Source: Microcoleus sp. (lineage in GTDB: Bacteria > Cyanobacteriota > Cyanobacteriia > Cyanobacteriales > Microcoleaceae). From it: 64,000 bases of DNA. Shown here piece after piece: positions 60,931 to 64,000 of this stretch. The notes beneath the pieces are model-generated. The model saw nothing but the letters and a program-made list of their open reading frames with translations. It was not told the origin of the DNA and ran no database searches. Location of the stretch: contig JAYFMW010000010.1 of assembly GCA_042408215.1 (NCBI GenBank), positions 32,001 through 96,000 of the forward strand, in the 5' to 3' direction. How positions within the stretch are numbered: position 1 is the stretch's first letter; the number at the start of each line of letters is the position of its first letter. The position numbers and the translations under genes were made by a program.

Positions 60931-62319
60931 TCACGATCGCACCTCAGCATTCACGCGACCGATCGCCACTGAGATTAGTTCCTCCACTCCACTAACCGGG
61001 AAAATATCCGTTTTCAGGAGGCTAGCGAGCTCAAAGAGGGTCATGTCATCCAAAAAACGCGGTTCCCCCTGTTTTAGCATCACCGAGGGCAGCAAGATGC
61101 CATCTCCCAAGTCTAGTCCCTGCAAAGCTTCGAGCAAGTCTTGTCCAGTCAGCAAACCAGTGACAGTAATATTCTGTCCCCAATAGCGACTGGACAATGC
61201 TACCATCTTAACTTCTAAGCCGGGTATTTGATTGAGTTTATGGGCGATCGGCTCAAAAGCTTTTTCCACAGCATTTCCCACCACCCAAATTAATTTTTTC
61301 GGCGGATTAACCTGCGTCGGTTGCAGTTTAGCGAAAGCCGTTTCAAACTGTTGGATAAATTGGCGAATCGAACCCACACCGTTACCAATTTGGGGATAAT
61401 CTTCATAGTCGGAGGCGATCGGCAAATCTAAACCTGCGATTAAAAACCATTCATCAGCCAGCCAAATACAACGCGATTTTGAACTCTGTTTTTTCCGTTT
61501 CTTTTCTCCGGCCGGTTTACCCGTTAATAATACTTGAATTTTCTGCACTTGCGCGATTACTTCCCGCGCTTTTTCCGGTGTGACTGCGATTAGTTCATCT
61601 TCCGCTGGGCGAAAGCGAGTTAAACCCACTGGTACTACAGCTACCGATGCGACGGCGGGGATATTTCCTGTATGAAACTTTGCCAAATCTAACAAAGTGC
61701 GTTCTAAATGTTCGCCGTCATTAATACCTGGACAAACAACAACTTGAGCGTGAATTTGTAGGCGGCGTTCTTGAAACCATTTGATTTGTTCTAAAATCTT
61801 CCCAGCCCGCAGATTTTTCAGCAACCGAATTCGCACTTCCGGTTCCGTAGCGTGCACGGAAACATAGAGAGGAGAAAGCCGCATTTGTTCGATTCTGTCC
61901 CACTCTTTTTGAGTCAGATTTGTGAGAGTGAGATAGCTACCATAGAGAAAACTTAGCCGATAGTCATCGTCCTTGAGATAGAGAGTTTCGCGCTTTCCCG
62001 GTGGCTGTTGGTCAATGAAGCAGAAAGGACAGCGATTGTTGCACTGAATTAGCCCGTCAAAAAGAGCGGTTTCAAATTCTAAACCTAAGTCTTCGTCGGA
62101 CTCTTTTTCTATTTCTAACTTGTGGGTTTTGCCTTTGGTGTCTAATACTTCTAGTTCGAGAAATTCATCGGCGCACAGGAATTGATAGTCGATCAAGTCG
62201 CGGGGTTTTTGGCCGTTGATGGCGACGATTGAGTCACCGGCTTCAAATCCGATTTCGGCGCAGATGCTGTCGGGGATGACTTTGGTGATGAGGGCTGGAC
62301 TTGTTGATAATTCGCTCAT
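60931..62319 (-). CDS. PDZ plus DUF512 radical SAM protein (TIGR03279-like)
   Basis: CNNRCPFCFIDQ and KDDDYRLSF motifs. Confidence 0.9.
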   Translation of the reverse strand: MSELSTSPALITKVIPDSICAEIGFEAGDSIVAINGQKPRDLIDYQFLCADEFLELEVLDTKGKTHKLEIEKESDEDLGLEFETALFDGLIQCNNRCPFCFIDQQPPGKRETLYLKDDDYRLSFLYGSYLTLTNLTQKEWDRIEQMRLSPLYVSVHATEPEVRIRLLKNLRAGKILEQIKWFQERRLQIHAQVVVCPGINDGEHLERTLLDLAKFHTGNIPAVASVAVVPVGLTRFRPAEDELIAVTPEKAREVIAQVQKIQVLLTGKPAGEKKRKKQSSKSRCIWLADEWFLIAGLDLPIASDYEDYPQIGNGVGSIRQFIQQFETAFAKLQPTQVNPPKKLIWVVGNAVEKAFEPIAHKLNQIPGLEVKMVALSSRYWGQNITVTGLLTGQDLLEALQGLDLGDGILLPSVMLKQGEPRFLDDMTLFELASLLKTDIFPVSGVEELISVAIGRVNAEVRS

Positions 62320-62422
62320 AGTTATGGGTTATGGGTTATGGGTTATGGGTTATGGGTTATGGGTTATTGGTTATTACTGGTAGTCTGCTACACTTATTTT
62401 GAGCTGATTGATACTCCCCACT

Positions 62423-62755
62423 CTAATATATTTTCTCTGCACGCCCTCCTGCAATCCGCACCTCAAAAGTTATTCCTGGTAGCTGAGGCTGCCATCCAAG
62501 CTGCACTGCTTGTTGTATCCATTGTGCTGCATCAGAGGGTGTTACTGGTTTCACTTCGTTAGTTGGACCCCAACCTTGAGGATGAGGTCGATCGGTGAGG
62601 ATAACTAACACCGAGCCTGGTTTTTCAGCGTGTTCGACAGCAATATGAAGATTCCCGCAGTTTTCTTGCGTATAAGTAGCTTGTCTTCGGATTAGCCAGA
62701 GGAAAGGTTCCCCATCAACAATTATTTTTCTGGTTCCTTTTTTCGGTATTGACAT
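62423..62755 (-). CDS. Hypothetical protein
   Basis: 110-aa ORF co-oriented with the TA pair. Confidence 0.65.
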   Translation of the reverse strand: MSIPKKGTRKIIVDGEPFLWLIRRQATYTQENCGNLHIAVEHAEKPGSVLVILTDRPHPQGWGPTNEVKPVTPSDAAQWIQQAVQLGWQPQLPGITFEVRIAGGRAEKIY

Positions 62756-62770
62756 AGTTTGCTAAGCTCG

Positions 62771-63124
62771 TTAGCGTAAAGGTAAAAATCGCACTTGTCC
62801 TTCCCATTCTCCTTCCAGACTGCACTCAGCAATTAGCAAAATTTCCTCGATCGCCAAACCTACTGCAACAAGGCGGCTGACTTCAAATAACCCAGGCATC
62901 GCAAGGCCTGCTTGCATTCGCTCGTAGGCGAAGTTTGTCATCGTTGCTACATCGTGAGTTAGTACGACGCGCCCTTGCAGCGCGGCCCATTCTAAGACTT
63001 TTGGGTCGTCTGCTTCGATCAACCCCATATCTTGAACGCGGACAATATCAACGTCGGGATTCCGCCGCAGAATACCCCGGACAATCTGATTGTTAAAGTT
63101 CTCGTATGCCAAGAATCGCAGCAT
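62771..63124 (-). CDS. DUF5615 PIN-like toxin
   Basis: LRFLA(Y)ENF...DPKVLEWAA..GRVVLTHD. Confidence 0.85.
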   Translation of the reverse strand: MLRFLAYENFNNQIVRGILRRNPDVDIVRVQDMGLIEADDPKVLEWAALQGRVVLTHDVATMTNFAYERMQAGLAMPGLFEVSRLVAVGLAIEEILLIAECSLEGEWEGQVRFLPLR

Positions 63125-63130
63125 ATAAAA

Positions 63131-63463
63131 CTACCCTTTTTGGTTGCGTCTTGCTAATAAGCGATCGCGTATTCCAACTGGGTTAAAACGCCTTTCTGCT
63201 TCCTGCTGAACTTCTGCGGCAAGACGTTGACGTTCCATCAGATAAGTGTCAACTTCGGATTGGTGTCGCAAGTAGTAGCCGATCGCAAAATAAATATCGG
63301 AAAGTTGAAGAGACGGGTACTGTTCCCGGATTTCTTCTGCTGTCGCTCCTTCAAGAAAAGCTGTAATAACTGTATCTAGGGTGACGCGGGTTCTGCTAAC
63401 GCGGATCGCACCGTTTGCATCAGCCACAAGCGGAATTAGTTCAGCCGTAGGAACAAGTAGCAT
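63131..63463 (-). CDS. DUF433 antitoxin
   Basis: TRVTLDTV...GATAEEI..QYPSL.LSDIY.AI.YY. Confidence 0.88.
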   Translation of the reverse strand: MLLVPTAELIPLVADANGAIRVSRTRVTLDTVITAFLEGATAEEIREQYPSLQLSDIYFAIGYYLRHQSEVDTYLMERQRLAAEVQQEAERRFNPVGIRDRLLARRNQKG

Positions 63464-63599
63464 TTTGAGATTGATGGCAGTGTTAGTTTTCTCTCTTCAG
63501 CATAGCAGTCTGCTAAGCTCGATCGCCCTTAGCATCAGGATAAGTTCCAGGTTGCGAATTTAGCTGAGCTGTGACAGAATATATCAAAAATTTCTATTT

Positions 63600-64000
63600 A
63601 TGAAATTCAAAATCTTGACGGGACTCCTGACAGGGTTAGTTATTTCTGCTAGCACGAGTGCGCTATTTTGTCAACCCAGCCGTGCGGGAAATAATAGCTT
63701 TTTTTGCGCTACTCTCAACAGACAGCCTGTCACCTTGGTTCGCACCCCACGGGGGAATGTGCCCCTCGTCCGCTGGACTTCTAACAACTATTTTCCGCCA
63801 CCGTGGACTGCTCAAAAACGCTGCGAAGAGGTGGGTCGAAGATTTCAGCGCAACTACGACAACGGTACTCTCAAATATATTAACACTGGGACTCTGAACG
63901 GAGAACCTGTGGTATGTGCTGCTGTTAACAAAGACGATGCTTGTACGAATAGGACTTTGCTATTCACTCTCAAGCGGGGGAGTGATGCTGATGCTACTTT
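63600..64000 (+). CDS. COP23 domain secreted protein (3'-truncated by window)
   Basis: Signal peptide; FFC...RWTSNNYF..WTAQKRCEEV..RFQ...G.LNGEPVVC...LLFTLK. Confidence 0.8.
   Translation, partial: MKFKILTGLLTGLVISASTSALFCQPSRAGNNSFFCATLNRQPVTLVRTPRGNVPLVRWTSNNYFPPPWTAQKRCEEVGRRFQRNYDNGTLKYINTGTLNGEPVVCAAVNKDDACTNRTLLFTLKRGSDADAT

Overview
64 kb of a filamentous cyanobacterial chromosome. The assignment is an inference from very frequent HIP1 octamers (GCGATCGC), psbM, a ccmS-like gene, a chelatase H subunit and Microcoleus/Tychonema-style heptamer and REP-like repeats. Most of the window is housekeeping or common accessory genes: a PBP, rsmB, glyQ, MFS/ABC/APC/DMT transporters, NFACT/RqcH, bchH, cbiG-cobJ, tyrA, sufE, usp, psbM, a ferredoxin, tolC, a radical SAM protein and tRNA-Val(CAC). 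Between them lie decayed IS4, IS200/IS605 and IS607 elements, many pseudogene fragments and dense dispersed repeats. The most notable observations are four. (1) A 400-bp protein-less IscB-type element carries an apparently complete omega/HEARO RNA and is inserted exactly at the ATGA start of a universal stress protein gene. (2) A divergent three-gene module encodes a membrane protein, a secreted protein and a secreted TPR-CHAT protease. (3) Intergenic repeat elements are inserted in frame inside the NFACT and chelatase genes. (4) There is a promoter- and terminator-bounded sRNA candidate. All calls come from reading the sequence; no database search was run.
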